The notes under the pieces are model-generated. The model was not told the DNA's origin. It saw only the letters and a list, made by a program, of their open reading frames with translations, and made no database searches. This document shows positions 23,300 through 35,330 of a DNA stretch of 64,000 bases, piece after piece. Source of the stretch: Mobula hypostoma (taxonomy: Eukaryota); assembly GCF_963921235.1 (NCBI RefSeq), contig NC_086097.1:18912001-18976000 (forward strand), in the 5' to 3' direction. Each line of letters opens with the position of its first letter. Position 1 is the first letter of the stretch. Made by a program: the position numbers and the translations under genes.

Positions 23300-24648
23300 G
23301 AGCAAAGGACTGTGACCCTGGAAACTATAGGCTGGTAGCCCTGACATCAATAGTGGGTAAGTTATTGGAAGGTCTTGTAAGGGAATGGATATGGAAATAT
23401 TTGGATAGACAGGGACTGATCAGGGATAGTCAAATGGATTTTTGGTCATGTCTGACCAAATATACAGAGATTTTCAAGGAAGTTACTAGGAAAGTTGATG
23501 AAGGCAGTGCAGTGGATGTTGTCTACATGGACCTTAGCAAGGCACTTGACAAGGTCCCATCTGGGAAGTTGGTCAAGAAGGTTAATTAAACTAGACATTG
23601 ACTTCACGGGAGAAGCCAGAGAGTAATAGTAGGAGGTTGCCTCTCTGACTGGAGGCCTGTGATTATTCGTGTGCCACAGGGATCAGTGCTGGGTCCATTG
23701 TTGTTTGTGATCTAGATCAACGATTTGAATGATAATGTGATGAACTGGATCAGCAAATTTGCAAATGACATCAAGATTGGGGGTGTAGTAGACAGCGAGG
23801 AAGACTATCAGAGCTTGCAGTGGGATCTAGACCAGCTGGAAAATGGGCTGAAAAATGGCAGATGGAATTTAATGTAGACAAGTGCGAGGTGTTGCACTTT
23901 AGGAGGACATATCAAGGTAGGATTTACTGTACACGGTGAGCAGTAGGGCTCTGAAATTGCAGTAGAACAGAGGGATCTTGGAATACAGATCCATAATTCC
24001 TTAGAAGTGGCATCCCAGGTAGAAAGGGTCAGAAAGAAAACTTTTGGCATATTGGCTTTCATAAATTAACATATTGAGTACAGGAGTTGGGCTGTTATGC
24101 TGGTTGTATATGACATTGATAAGGGCTAATTTGGAGTATTGTGTGCAGTTTTCATCACCTACTTACAGGAAAGATGTCAATAAGATTGAAATTCTGCGGA
24201 GAAAATTTACAAGGATGTTGCCAGATCTAGGGGATCTGAGTTATAGGGAAAGATTGAACAGGTTAGAAATTTACTCCCGGCAGCATAGAAGAATGAGGGG
24301 TGATTTAACAGAGGCATACAAAATTATGAGAGGTATAGATGAGGTAAATGCAAGCAGGCCTTTTCCACTGAGGTTGGGTGAGACTAGAAGTAGAGGTCAA
24401 GGGTTAAGGGTGAAAGGTGAAATGTTTAAAGGGAACGTCTTCACTCAGTTTGGTGAGTGTGGAATGAACTGCCAGTGGAAACAGTGGATGTGGGCTTGAT
24501 TTCAACACTTAAGAGAAATTGCAATAGGTACATGGATAGGAGGTGTGGAGGCCTATGGTCCAGGTGCAGGTTAATAGGACAAGGCAGATTAATAGTCTGG
24601 CACAGACTAGGTTGTCTGTTTCTGTGCTGTAATGTTCTGTAACTCTGT
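23300..24648 (+). mobile_element. CR1 RT-to-3'-end fragment
   Basis: PGNYR, VDEGSAVDVVYMDLSKALDKVP, VPQGSVLGPLLF, ISKFAND, NLEYCVQFSSP, RRMRGDL. Confidence 0.92.
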
Positions 24649-25097
24649 CTCCTGGGTTTAAATGAGAGAGTAGACAGACACCTTTTCTTCCTCCTGAGTT
24701 GATAATATTTCTCTGTGTATTTTTGCACCTCTCCTAGACAGTTTGAGGTATGAGAAGAAAGCCATTAAAAATGAGTTAAGCATGAATTAGTTCAATGACC
24801 TTTACTTAACCTGACCACGAAATGCAAACAGTTCATGTTACTCTTGAAGCATAAATGAGGCATACATTAATAGCATTTGATCAATGTGCAGTGAATGTGC
24901 GATTGAGATGAGTTTGAAAGGTAATGTAATGGGTAAACTGCCACATTACTTTGCAAACAGTCCTGAGTAAACTTACTTTCCTAATGAATAATCCAAATGT
25001 AAATTAAGATAAGGAAGCAAATAAGGGAGGGATGTAAAAGAAGTGGTGGAGCTGCATTACTGATGAGGGAAAATTGCTGTGATTAGGGAGAGCATCT

Positions 25098-25310
25098 ATT
25101 TATTTATTTGGAGATACGGTGTGGAACAGGCCCTTCCTGTCCTATGAGCCCCATGGCCAAGCAGTCCTTCTAGTTACAGTGACCAATTAACCCATCGACC
25201 AGTATGTCTTTGGACTGTAGGAGGAAACTCGAGCAATTGCAGGAAACCCAAGTATTCACGGGAAGGACATACAAACTCCTCGCAGATACTGTTGGAATTG
25301 AACTCCAAAT
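25098..25310 (-). mobile_element. V-SINE, antisense
   Basis: TATGTCTTTGGACTGTAGGAGGAAAC..GGAAACCCA..CACGGGAAGGACATACAAACTCCT; (TATT)n tail. Confidence 0.75.
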
Positions 25311-26519
25311 TGACTGGGACTCAGTGCCAGGGACTGAGATGGGTCAGAACTTGCAGAAGTGTTTCAATAGCTAATCCAATCAGGGATGGGCCTTTTCTAG
25401 ACCTTGACTGGAGAATGAGTCTGGCAGGCGATTGAAGTTTCAGTAGGGGAGCATTTTGCGAACAGTGATCATAAGTTTTAAAAATGTTATAGAGAGCTGG
25501 GTCTTTGAGTGACTGTACTAAATTGGGAGAATGCTAATTACACAGTAATAGACAAGAACTGTGTAAGGTAGATTTGGAGAGGCAGTTTGAGTGTAAATCC
25601 ATGTCTGACATATGGAAAACGTTTAAGGACTAACTGGACAGAGTTTCAACCACTGCAAATCAAGTTTCACTCCACTCTCTTCCTGTGATGTTTTGCATTT
25701 CCCTTACCTGGCCTGTTCGTGATCACCCCCATGGCATGGGAAACCACAAGCCTCATTATCCATTCTTGTTTTCCTTCCCCTTTGAGTTTGTTTTCATTTG
25801 AAAAGGAAAAGGCTGAGGGTTGAACTGATTGAGGAGTACAGAATTCTGAAGGTAGATGATGAGAAGCTCTTCCCTTCAACGGAGTTGTCTATGACCTCAG
25901 AACTATGGATTAATGTAATCGATCCTTGGGTTGTGCTGATTGTTAGCGCAAACGATGCATTTTACCGCATGTTTCAATATATATGTGATAAATAAATGAA
26001 TCTGTATCTGAATGTGAACAGTGGGAAATTCAAAGAAAGAACTTTTTTACCTTGAGAAAGTTTGAAACCTAGGACTCACTGATTAGAGGCTAAAACAAGG
26101 TACCCTCAAGATGTTTAAGAAGTAATTAGATAAGCACTTAAAAGACCTTGGCATAGAAAAATAAGAACCAAGTGCTGGGAAATAGGCTTAGATACGTACC
26201 TTACAGCCAGGAGAAACACATTGTCTCCTTACTGAATTTGATCCTCATAGTGCTTTTCCTTCAAATTTCTCTCAGAGAAGGGTTGTTTGCTGTTATAATT
26301 CAGCTTATTTTCTTGAAAAAAGTAACTAAATTAGATTGAAAAGGGTTCCTAGTTTTGCAGTTATCCCACCCACCTAGAGCCCTGGATGTTAGAAACTAGG
26401 ATATCTATTATTCATGTAAGCAATAATTAGCAATTGACTTTTCTAATTAAATCTGAATGAGAACCAGCTAGCTTTAAAACCAAATTCACATTCGTTTTTC
26501 AAAACTGAGCTAATATTAA

Positions 26520-27885
26520 TATCAGTGATGAAGTGCTTTGAGAAGTGGGCGGTGCAATTTATCAACTCCTCACTGAGAAGTGACTTAGATTCGCTTCAAT
26601 TTGCCCGCTGGAGCAACAGGTCCACAGCAGATGGCTCTTCACTCAACCCTGGAACATCTGGACAACAAAGATGCACACATCAGGATGCTTTTGTCGACTC
26701 CAGCTCAGCATTCAATACCATCACCCCCTCTAAACTAATGAATAAGCTCCTAGGCCTTGGCCTCAATACCTGCTTGTGTAATTGGATCCTCAGTTTCCTC
26801 ACTTACAGACCCCAGTCAGTATCTCCTCCACGATCTCCATCGGCACAGGTGTACCACAAGGTTGTGTGCTTAGCCCTCTGCTCTGTTTGCTTTATGCTTA
26901 TGTCTATGTGGCTAAGTACAGCACCAATGCCATATTCAAGTTTGATGCCATCACTGTCATAGGCAAGTCAAAGGTGGTGATGAATCAGCATTTCGGAGGG
27001 GGACTGAAAATCAGGCTGAGTGCTGCCACAACAACAACCTTTTACTTAACGTCAGCAAGATCAAGGAGCTGATTATTGACTTCACGAGGAGGAAACGAGT
27101 CAGTCCTCATTGAAGGATCAGAGGTAGAGAGGGTCAGCAACTTTAAATTCCTCAGTTTGATTATTTCAGAGGACCCATCCTGCATATAAGTGCAGTTACG
27201 AAGGAAGTATACCAGCACCCTTTACTTCTGAAATTCGGAATGACATCCAAAACTTTGACTAATAGATGTGTAGTGGAGAGTATACTGACTGGCTGCATCA
27301 CAGCCTGGTATGGAAACACCAATGTCCTTGAACAGAAAATCCTACAAAAAGTAGTGGATACAGCCCAGCCCATCATGAATAAAGCCCTTCCCACCATTGA
27401 GCACATCTCTATGAAACGCTGTTGCAGGAAAGCAGGATCCATTATCAGGGACCCCATTACTCAAGACATGCTCTCTTCTTACTGTTGCCATTAAGAAGAA
27501 GGTGTATGAACCTTAGGATTCACACCACCAGGTTCAGGAACAGTTACTACCCTTCAACCATTAGGCTGTCAAGCCAAAGGGGATAACTTCACTCAACTTC
27601 ACTTGCCGCATCATTGAAATGTTCCCACAACCAATGGACTCACTTTCAAGGACTCTTCATCTCATATTTTCCATATTTATTGCTTATTTATTTATTTATT
27701 AAATATTATTTCTTTCTTTTTGTTCTTGCACGGCACATTGTCTTTTGCATACCAGTTGAACGCCCAAGATAATGCATTAATGTTATTCATCTATAGATTT
27801 ATTGAGAATGCCCACAAAAGAATGAATCTCAGCATCGTATATGGTGACATATAATGTACTGATAACAAATTTACTTTGAACCTTG
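26520..27885 (+). mobile_element. Rex1 LINE RT-to-3'-end fragment
   Basis: MKCFE, LDSLQFA, FVDSSSAFNTI, LCNWILSFLTYRPQSV, TGVPQGCVLSPLL, ESILTGCITAWYGN; tail AAATTTACTTTGAAC. Confidence 0.92.
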
Positions 27886-28021
27886 ATGTCTATGCTCCTT
27901 TTTGTATCCTTTCCTCTTGCTTATGAATATTTCTCTTAAGTTATTAAACTTTGTGCAATACACTTTCAGAAAATACAAAGCCCTAGTCAGAATAAGTATA
28001 TAAACTTATACTTATCTTCTC

Positions 28022-28713
28022 GGGAGGGGGGAGAAGATGGCGGCGCGACAACTGCGCGCACGGCCACTTCGGTGATGAATATCTGTTACCTGTCAAGTAG
28101 GGGACCGTGCACAATCCTGATTTGATGGAGACAGACGTGAGAGCACAGCGGAACATCTGGAAAACTTCTGAAATGTCTGCTTCGCTGTCGCTGCTACTGT
28201 GTGGTAACCAGAATCTCCGGAGCTGAAGGCCCCGAAATCCTCGGCTTTGCATGTTTCAGCGGCCGGGGAGAGGTCGAAGGTGCTCGGCAGAGGATGGTGC
28301 TCGGAAGGCTGTATCGGAGAGGCTGGTCGGAAGCTCGGAGTTTTTGGACGGATGGACTCAGGGTCGGCTGGGGTTGGCTGCTTCCAAGGCATCGGCAAGT
28401 TGACGGTGCCTGGAGGTTTATGGCAGGGAGTTTCTCCCTTTTGCCGCCTGCTATCAGGGACTCGGGAATCGATCAACTCGGGACTTTTTCTTACTGTGCT
28501 TATGGTCTGTTCTTTATCAAATTATGGTATTGCTTTGCACTGCTGTAACTAGATGTTATAATTATGCAGTTCTATCAGTGTTAGTCTTTGGTCTGTCCTG
28601 TTTTCTGTGATATCACTCCAGAGAAACATTGTATCATTTCTTAATGCATGTATGCATTTCTAAATAACAATAAAAGAGGACTGAGTGTTCTCATAATCTA
28701 ATCTAAATCTAAA
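28022..28713 (+). mobile_element. Apparently full-length non-autonomous, non-tRNA retroelement
   Basis: Starts GGGAGGGGGGGAGAAGATGGCGGCG, GC-rich non-coding body, T-rich 3' part, AATAAA then (AATCT)n tail; second copy at 6161-6710. Confidence 0.75.
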
Positions 28714-28804
28714 CGCCTCCTCATTCATTTCTAGTTTTTTAAGATATGTACATTTTTCAATATTATTTAGTTAGTTGACAGAAAGCATTGAAGATTTATT
28801 TATT

Positions 28805-29575
28805 TATTCAGATTTATACAGATTTATTTATCACATGTACGTTGAAGCATATCAGGAATGTGTCATTTGTTTTAACAGCCAACTCATCTGAGATTGTGCT
28901 AGGGGCAACTCGCAAGTGTTGCTGCACTTTCTGGCGCCAACATTGCATGCCCGCACCAGCAACACAACAACAAAACCAAACCAAACATCAGAATAAGGCC
29001 CCTTCCCACCTTCTCACTCATACACACAGACTGGCCTCCAACACCAGGACAAGTTGCCTTGACTTTCAGCCTCTCACAGACCTGCGATCCTGGGACTCGT
29101 CCACCTGGGGGTCGCCGGGGTCTCTTCAGCACCTGGCACACTGGCCTTCGACGGCGGAGTGCTCAGTCGCCGAACACTGGCTCCTGCCCAGGGCACTCCA
29201 TTTACTGCCCCTGATCTCTAACTCTACCTCGTCTCTTCCCTGAACCCGAACCTGACCACTAACTCCCTGCGGTGCCCCCATGTACATGGAAACAAGGCGT
29301 GAAATGCGCCATTTTGCATTGCAGTCCGAGGATTGTGCTGGGGGCAGCCAGCAAGTGTCACCCCGCTTCCAATGCCAACATAGTATGCCCACTACTGACT
29401 AACTCTTACTAACCCGACTGTCTTTGAAATGGCGAAGGAAACTGGAGCACCCGGAGGAAACCCATGTGGTCACAGGAAGAACATACATTCTCCTTACAGA
29501 CAGTGCCAGAAATTGAAACCTGCTCGGTGGTCACTGGAACCGTACAGTTATTATGCTAATTACTTCAATACCAAG
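28805..29575 (-). mobile_element. Cluster of antisense SINEs (V-domain head, Rex1-type tail)
   Basis: GGAAACTGGAGCACCCGGAGGAAACCCATGTGGTCACAGG; tail TTTATCACATGTACGTTGAAGCAT; related copies at ~39990-40245 and ~42365-42670. Confidence 0.7.
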
Positions 29576-30372
29576 CCATCATCCCTATGAAACAGACAGA
29601 CAACTAATGGCTTAGCGACATCTTGGCCGGAAGCAAGAGGTCACTTCAAAATGCATTTGGAATTATGGCACCCCCTATGGTCATGACACTAGAATTGTAA
29701 CCATTCATTGAAAATTGTGAAGTATTCTGATAATCTGTGGGCCAGCAGAAATAAAAACCAGTGGGTTATGAAGTAATATCCTTTTGCAAGAGGACTTTAT
29801 CATCTTTGCCTCACTGATGTATACGTCATTCGCCCTCCACAGCAGATGGTTGGCTCCTGTTATCCTCCGTCCAAACACCAATGAGCAATGAATACGGCCT
29901 TGTCTGTGGTAGCTGCATGGTGATCGACATCCGTGCACAATGGAAAATTAAGCACACTGCATGAGTTCCAACTCTGCAATCCAGAATCAGCACACAGAAG
30001 CAAAAATTACAAGGCAAGCTGTGAATTTAACACTAAGCCGACATTGATGAAAATCTGATTCCATTTTAATGATTTTATTTTTTACTATGCTTAAACTTTT
30101 AATTTCAAAATGTGATTTACTAGAATAAAAAGAGTTCAGAAAAAACATGTTGGTCAATTTGCAGGTATCTGTTGGCCAAATGGAGCAGATACAGGACAAT
30201 GCACGCTCTCTAAATATAGGTCACATAGTGTTGCAGATTCTATAGCAGGGAGGCATGATATCTTCATGGTGTAAGAACTTGTCATATTCCCAGGTCCAAG
30301 CATGCTAGATACTCTAGGTCCTAATAATGAGTTTCAATGAAAAAGGTGTCTCATTTGCCAAATCCAGTACGT

Positions 30373-31365
30373 GTATAAGAATCATTGAGGCATTGATCAT
30401 GTGGATAGTCAGAGGCTTTTTCCCAGGGCTGAAATGGCTAACACGAGAGGGCACAGTTTTAAGGTGCTTGGAAGAAGGTACAAAGTGGATGTCAGGGGTA
30501 AGTTTTTTTGCACAGAGAGTGGTGAGCTCGTTCCTCAGCTAGTTCCATTTGCTTGCATTTACCCCATATTCCTCTCTCCTCTCTCACCTTAAATCTCTGC
30601 CCCCTAGTTTTAGGCTCCCCTGCCCCAGGGAAAAGACTTTGATTCTTCAAGTTATCTTGTCGTAGAGTCATAGGAAAGTACAGCACAGAAACAGGCCCTT
30701 CAACCCATCTAGTCCATGCTGAACCATTTAAACTGCCTACTCCCATTGGCCTGCACCAGAACCATAGTCCTCCATACTTCTACCGTCCACATACCTATCC
30801 AAACTTCTCTTGAACGTTGAAATTGAGCTCTCACGCACCACTTGTGCTGGCAGCTCTTTCCACACTCTCACCACCCTCTGAGTGAAGAAGTTTCCCCTCA
30901 TGTTCCCCTTAAACGTTTCACCTTTCACCCTTAACCCACGACCTCTAGTTGTGGTCCCACCCAACTGCAGTGGAAAAACCCTGTTTACATTTACCCTATC
31001 TATACCCCTCATAACTTTGTACACCTCTATCAAATCTTCCCTCAGTCTTCTCTATGGCCCCCTCATAATTTTATCTAACTCAATAAGATTAGAAATGCTC
31101 TGCTAATAAGATTAAAACATAGAACATAGAATATAGAAAACCTACAGCACAATCCAAGCCCTTCGGCCCACAAAGCTGTGCCGAACATGTCCTTACCTTT
31201 GATATTACCTACGGTTACCCATAACCCTCTATTTTTCTAAGCTCCATGTACCTATCCAGGAGTCTCTTAAAAGACCCTATCATATCTGCCGCCACCACCG
31301 TCACCAACAACCCATTCCACACACTCACCACTCTCTGCGCAAAAAAACTTACCCCTGACATCAAC
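30373..31365. mobile_element. Cluster of short CR1 3' fragments (+ 30373-30525; - 30545-30640, 30662-31055, 31115-31365)
   Basis: IEVYKVMRGIDRV..RGNFFTQRVVRVWKELP; (AACATAG)n tails. Confidence 0.85.
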
Positions 31366-31399
31366 CTTGTACCTATTTCAGGAGACTGGGTTCCAGATG

Positions 31400-32010
31400 T
31401 GTGTGTCAATATCTCTGAGGATCTAAACTGGTCCCAACATATCGATGCAGCCTTAAAAGAAGGGAAGAAAGCAGCTATATTTCATTGGGAGTTTAAAGAG
31501 ATTTGGTTTGTCACCTAAAACACTCAAAAAACTCTACAAATGTATCACTAACTAGTATAGAGGGGGGGCTACTGCACAGGATCAAAAGAAGCTACAGAAA
31601 GTTGTAAAATTAATCAGCTCCACCTTGGGTACCAGCCTCCGTAGTATCCAAGACATCTTCAAGGAGTGGTGCGTCAGAAAGGTGATGTCTATTATTAGGG
31701 ACCCCATCACCCAGGATATGTCCTCTTGTCATTGTTACCATCAGGAAAGAGGTACAGAAGCCTGAAGACACACACTCAACAATTCAGGAACAGCTTCTTC
31801 CCCTCTGCCATGCGATTCTTAAATGGACATTGAACCCATGAACACGACCTCATTTGTTTTCATTATTTCTGTTTTGCACTACTATTTTTAATTTAACTAT
31901 TGAATATACTTTAATTCATCTTTTTCTATATTTATCATGCATTGTACAGCTGGCACTGAGTTACCCAATTTCATGATGTATGCCGGTGATGTTAAATCTG
32001 ACTCTGTTTC
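31400..32010 (+). mobile_element. Rex1 3' fragment
   Basis: VNISEDLNWSQHIDA; GACCCCATCACCCAGGA..TTACCATCAGGAAAGAGGTACAGAAGCCTGAAGAC..AGGAACAGCTTCTTCCC. Confidence 0.82.
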
Positions 32011-32114
32011 TGCGAGCTGGAAATTATGTCAGTCTATGCACTTAAACTCATTACAATAAAGGGTCCTCCCAAATTATATCTGCTCTACTCACTGTTTCAG
32101 ATTACTTTCTGCTC

Positions 32115-32511
32115 ACTACTCCACTGCCATTGAGGGCAGCAATGAAGTTCCTTCATCTCTGCTGGTGTTCAGGGCTTCCTTCATCGTGTCAGTAGCTTCC
32201 TCTCAGTTTCACTAATCAGTCATGCAAGTTCCAAGTGGACACACTCAGGAATCCTATCACACTCAGATATGTAAGGATTCTTCATTGTTGTTTCCGCAAC
32301 AACTTTGTTGTTAGCCTTGAGCTGAAACCCCCGAACCTGGAGGACCGGTGGACCACTCTTAGTCTGTCCTCTCCCCTTTGACCTGTTTGGCATGGGCGAC
32401 CCTACCAAAGAGCCAAAGCATGAAGCCCTGACTCCAGCCAACATAGCTCTCCGGGTCATTGAGGCCCGCAAACCTCCAAACCACGACAAGGTTGTGGTCC
32501 TCTTGGAAGAC
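32115..32511 (-). mobile_element. Bipartite non-autonomous RTE (Expander/Rex3-like leader fused to RTE 3' end)
   Basis: Minus strand: ACCTTGTCGTGGTTTGGAGGTTTGCG..TCAATGACCC..AGCTATG..GGTAGGGTCGCCCA..AAACAGGTC..CAGACTAAGAGTGGTCC, then AGATGAAGGAACTTCATTGCTGCCCT. Confidence 0.75.
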
Positions 32512-33124
32512 AGTTTCAGATGGAGAAGATAAAAAAAAACTTTATTCTAAATCTAAAATAATTAAAGTTCCAAAATTTACTGAGACACAACCTAGCTTCT
32601 CTGGAATTCGAACCATAGTGCTGAGTACACAAGAGATTAGATCGACATGGGGACCATTCACCAGGATTAGGACTCCGTGTTTATTAGTAGAGAATCTTAA
32701 ACATCCATAATCCCTTTCGTTGGCCTTACAATGCACATCACTGCAGAGCTCTAACTCTATTCCCACCTGGGTGGGTGAGGGGTCGGTGGAACTGAAATAG
32801 GTTTTAACGGGATTTCTCTTTACTTCCTAATTCAAATGATATTTGCTCAGTTGTGTAAATTCTCACTGATTACCTAACTAAGCAGAAAAACAGGCCCCTT
32901 TATTTAGTTCCCTGGTCAGTCTTCAGAGTTCAGAGACATCTCATCGTGTGAGCGTGTGATGTATTTTAATAGCACAAGATACATGGAGAGCAAGTTTTAT
33001 TATGTTGATATTACTATCTCATGCTGTTCATGATGATTTGGAGGATAAGCATTTCTAATAGTGTCAGCAGAAAGTGACTGTCACAATATTAACATGAGTT
33101 ACTATTAATAGCAATAGTCTCAGA

Positions 33125-33532
33125 GTCCTGGCTCTTGGGCAAAGTTTAATCGACGCGGGTTGTGGACCGTACTCTGTAGTTCACGTTACGATGTGTTCCT
33201 GGTTTCTGGTGGCTCCTTTTTTGGTTGTTGTTTTGTGCGATTTTGATCGGGGCAGACTGACTGGATCTTCAGCCTGCAGTCAACAGTCGGCCCGTCGCTG
33301 GTTTGAACTGGACTGGAGTGCGCTGAGCATTCCTGGACTGTTTTGATGATATTTTTGTGATTTGATATTTTGTGTTCCACATTTTTTACCGCGAGCATCT
33401 GAGGGGTTCAATGTTTTTTCTTTGAATGGGTTCCATAATTTCTTTGCTTTGTGGCTCTCTGTGGGAAGACGGATCTCGGGCTTAGATACTGCATACATAC
33501 TTCGATAATAAATGTACTTTGAATCTTTGAAT
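33125..33532 (+). mobile_element. Non-coding element with Rex1-type 3' tail
   Basis: Ends GATAATAAATGTACTTTGAATCTTTGAA, like the Rex1 tails at ~5100 and ~27880. Confidence 0.65.
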
Positions 33533-34404
33533 GTTCACCAAAAAATCCATCCTTTTTTTTGTGATTATGCCTGTTGCGAAATATAATTTTGTTTGTAAAT
33601 ATTAAACCTTTCTATTCTCCCACAGGAACTTGGCAACTACAGGAGTGCTTGCACTTTATTTCTGATTCTGCCCATTCAATCACACCCCGCTGCCTGTACC
33701 AATCACCTTATTTTCATCTCCTTTAGCACGTATTCTGTCTTCTTTCTTCCTCAATTTTGAAGAATGTGAAGAGATGTGACTGAGGTGCATGGCTTTGAAA
33801 AGGGTAAATAGAAGTTAATTTCATTCAAAGTCAGAATAACATGTTCATGTTGGTTTTAAAAGATACACAGGGCATTTGAGGAAAACTTTTCTGCACAGAG
33901 AAACGCAGTCTGTTGACTCCATAATTGAGTGGGGGAAAGAAAATTCCATCAAGCCTTTCAAAAGTCAACTAAGAGGAAATAATTTATAGAACTGTGAGGA
34001 AAGACTAATAGAACTGTACACCAGGGAAGCTGGCCCTTCAGCCCATCGCATCCATGCCAACCAAGATGCCTCTCTAAGGTAGTTCTATTTGCCCACATTT
34101 GGTATGGGGAAAGAGTCTCTTATTACTCAATAATGACTGCAGGGTCGCAATAGACAGAATGCCCCTCTACTGCGGCATAATGGTCTCATAATCCTTCTAC
34201 ATAGTCTTTGGTATTTTCATGCAGAGGCAAAGAAGCATCTTGATACAGAGTGATGAATCTCAACCCATGTCTCTCGACCATACCTCACCACCCTTCTCAG
34301 CTTATAGTCTGACACTCAGTCTTAAATAAGTCGTCACTTACTCCAGCTCAGTGTGGGAGGAATCCCCACAGGTATCACTCCCTTGACACTGCTTCAGTTC
34401 TTTC

Positions 34405-34768
34405 TGTCATGGTGTGCGCTGGCAGATGACTGAACCCAGGTGCAGAGGGACGAGAGACTCCCATGCAGAAACAGGGACAAGATTTATTCACAGGAACTCC
34501 AACAGAACATCTTCGGCACAACCAAGCAACACCACAAGATGAATCATTCTTGGAACGCAAGGACCCTGTGATACGTGCTAATCCAGTGTCCGCTTGAAAT
34601 AGTCACAGTATGCACAGTGTGCCAGTGAAAATAAACTTGACAAGATTAAACAGAAAGCACAAGGGCTTAACGACTCTAGATGAGACAACAATTAACAACT
34701 ACAGGTGCTCAGGCCCACAGGGCTCATGGTATTCTCTACCTCTGCTACTGTCTCAGGCAGTGTGGACC
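34405..34768 (-). mobile_element. LTR-like dispersed repeat (second copy of 20680-21045)
   Basis: TGTCA terminus at 34405, AATAAA on minus strand about 75 bp from that end, colinear homology with 20680-21045. Confidence 0.65.
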
Positions 34769-35330
34769 AGCCACAGACACAACATTCAGTCTCAATTCGC
34801 AAGTTCTTTCACTATCATGCTGCCTACAACCAGCTGTGCAGTTTTTGGCTCTACCCAGCCCAACTGCTGTTAAACACCTTTGCATATATCTCTTTGCCTT
34901 CTGAACTGTTTAAATTGTTTCTTTGCTGGCCTAGCATCACCTGCAGATCCCCAAAGATGTACAGATCTTCTGGAGCACATTGAATATATTTTGGGTGGGT
35001 TAGATCTAATCAGGATCCATAAGACATGGGAGCAATATTGAGCCATTCAGCCCATCAACTCTACTCTGCTATTCGATCATGGCTGATTTATTTTCTCTCT
35101 TAAACTCATCATCCTGCCTTCTCTCCTTTGATGCCTTTACAATCCAACCCACTCCTAAATATTGGACTTTTAACCCCAGCATTCTCTTCATGCCACATTC
35201 CCACCCCTCCTGCTTTAATTTGCAACCTCCACATCCACTCCTGCTCCCTCCAAACTCTGTTTCTCTGACTGAAGGATTGTGCTTCTGCACGCCAGTTCTC
35301 CCGTCCTTTCCCAGACAATACTGTTCCATT

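Noticed and set aside
30373..31365. Twin-priming inversion between the + piece 30373-30525 and the - piece 31115-31365
   Set aside because: The inverted piece lies on the tail side, not the 5' side, with other insertions between; independent copies are simpler
33605..33670. Exon after acceptor CTTTCTATTCTCCCACAG (similar acceptors at ~39598, 40460, 42341)
   Set aside because: No convincing donor or recognisable reading frame follows
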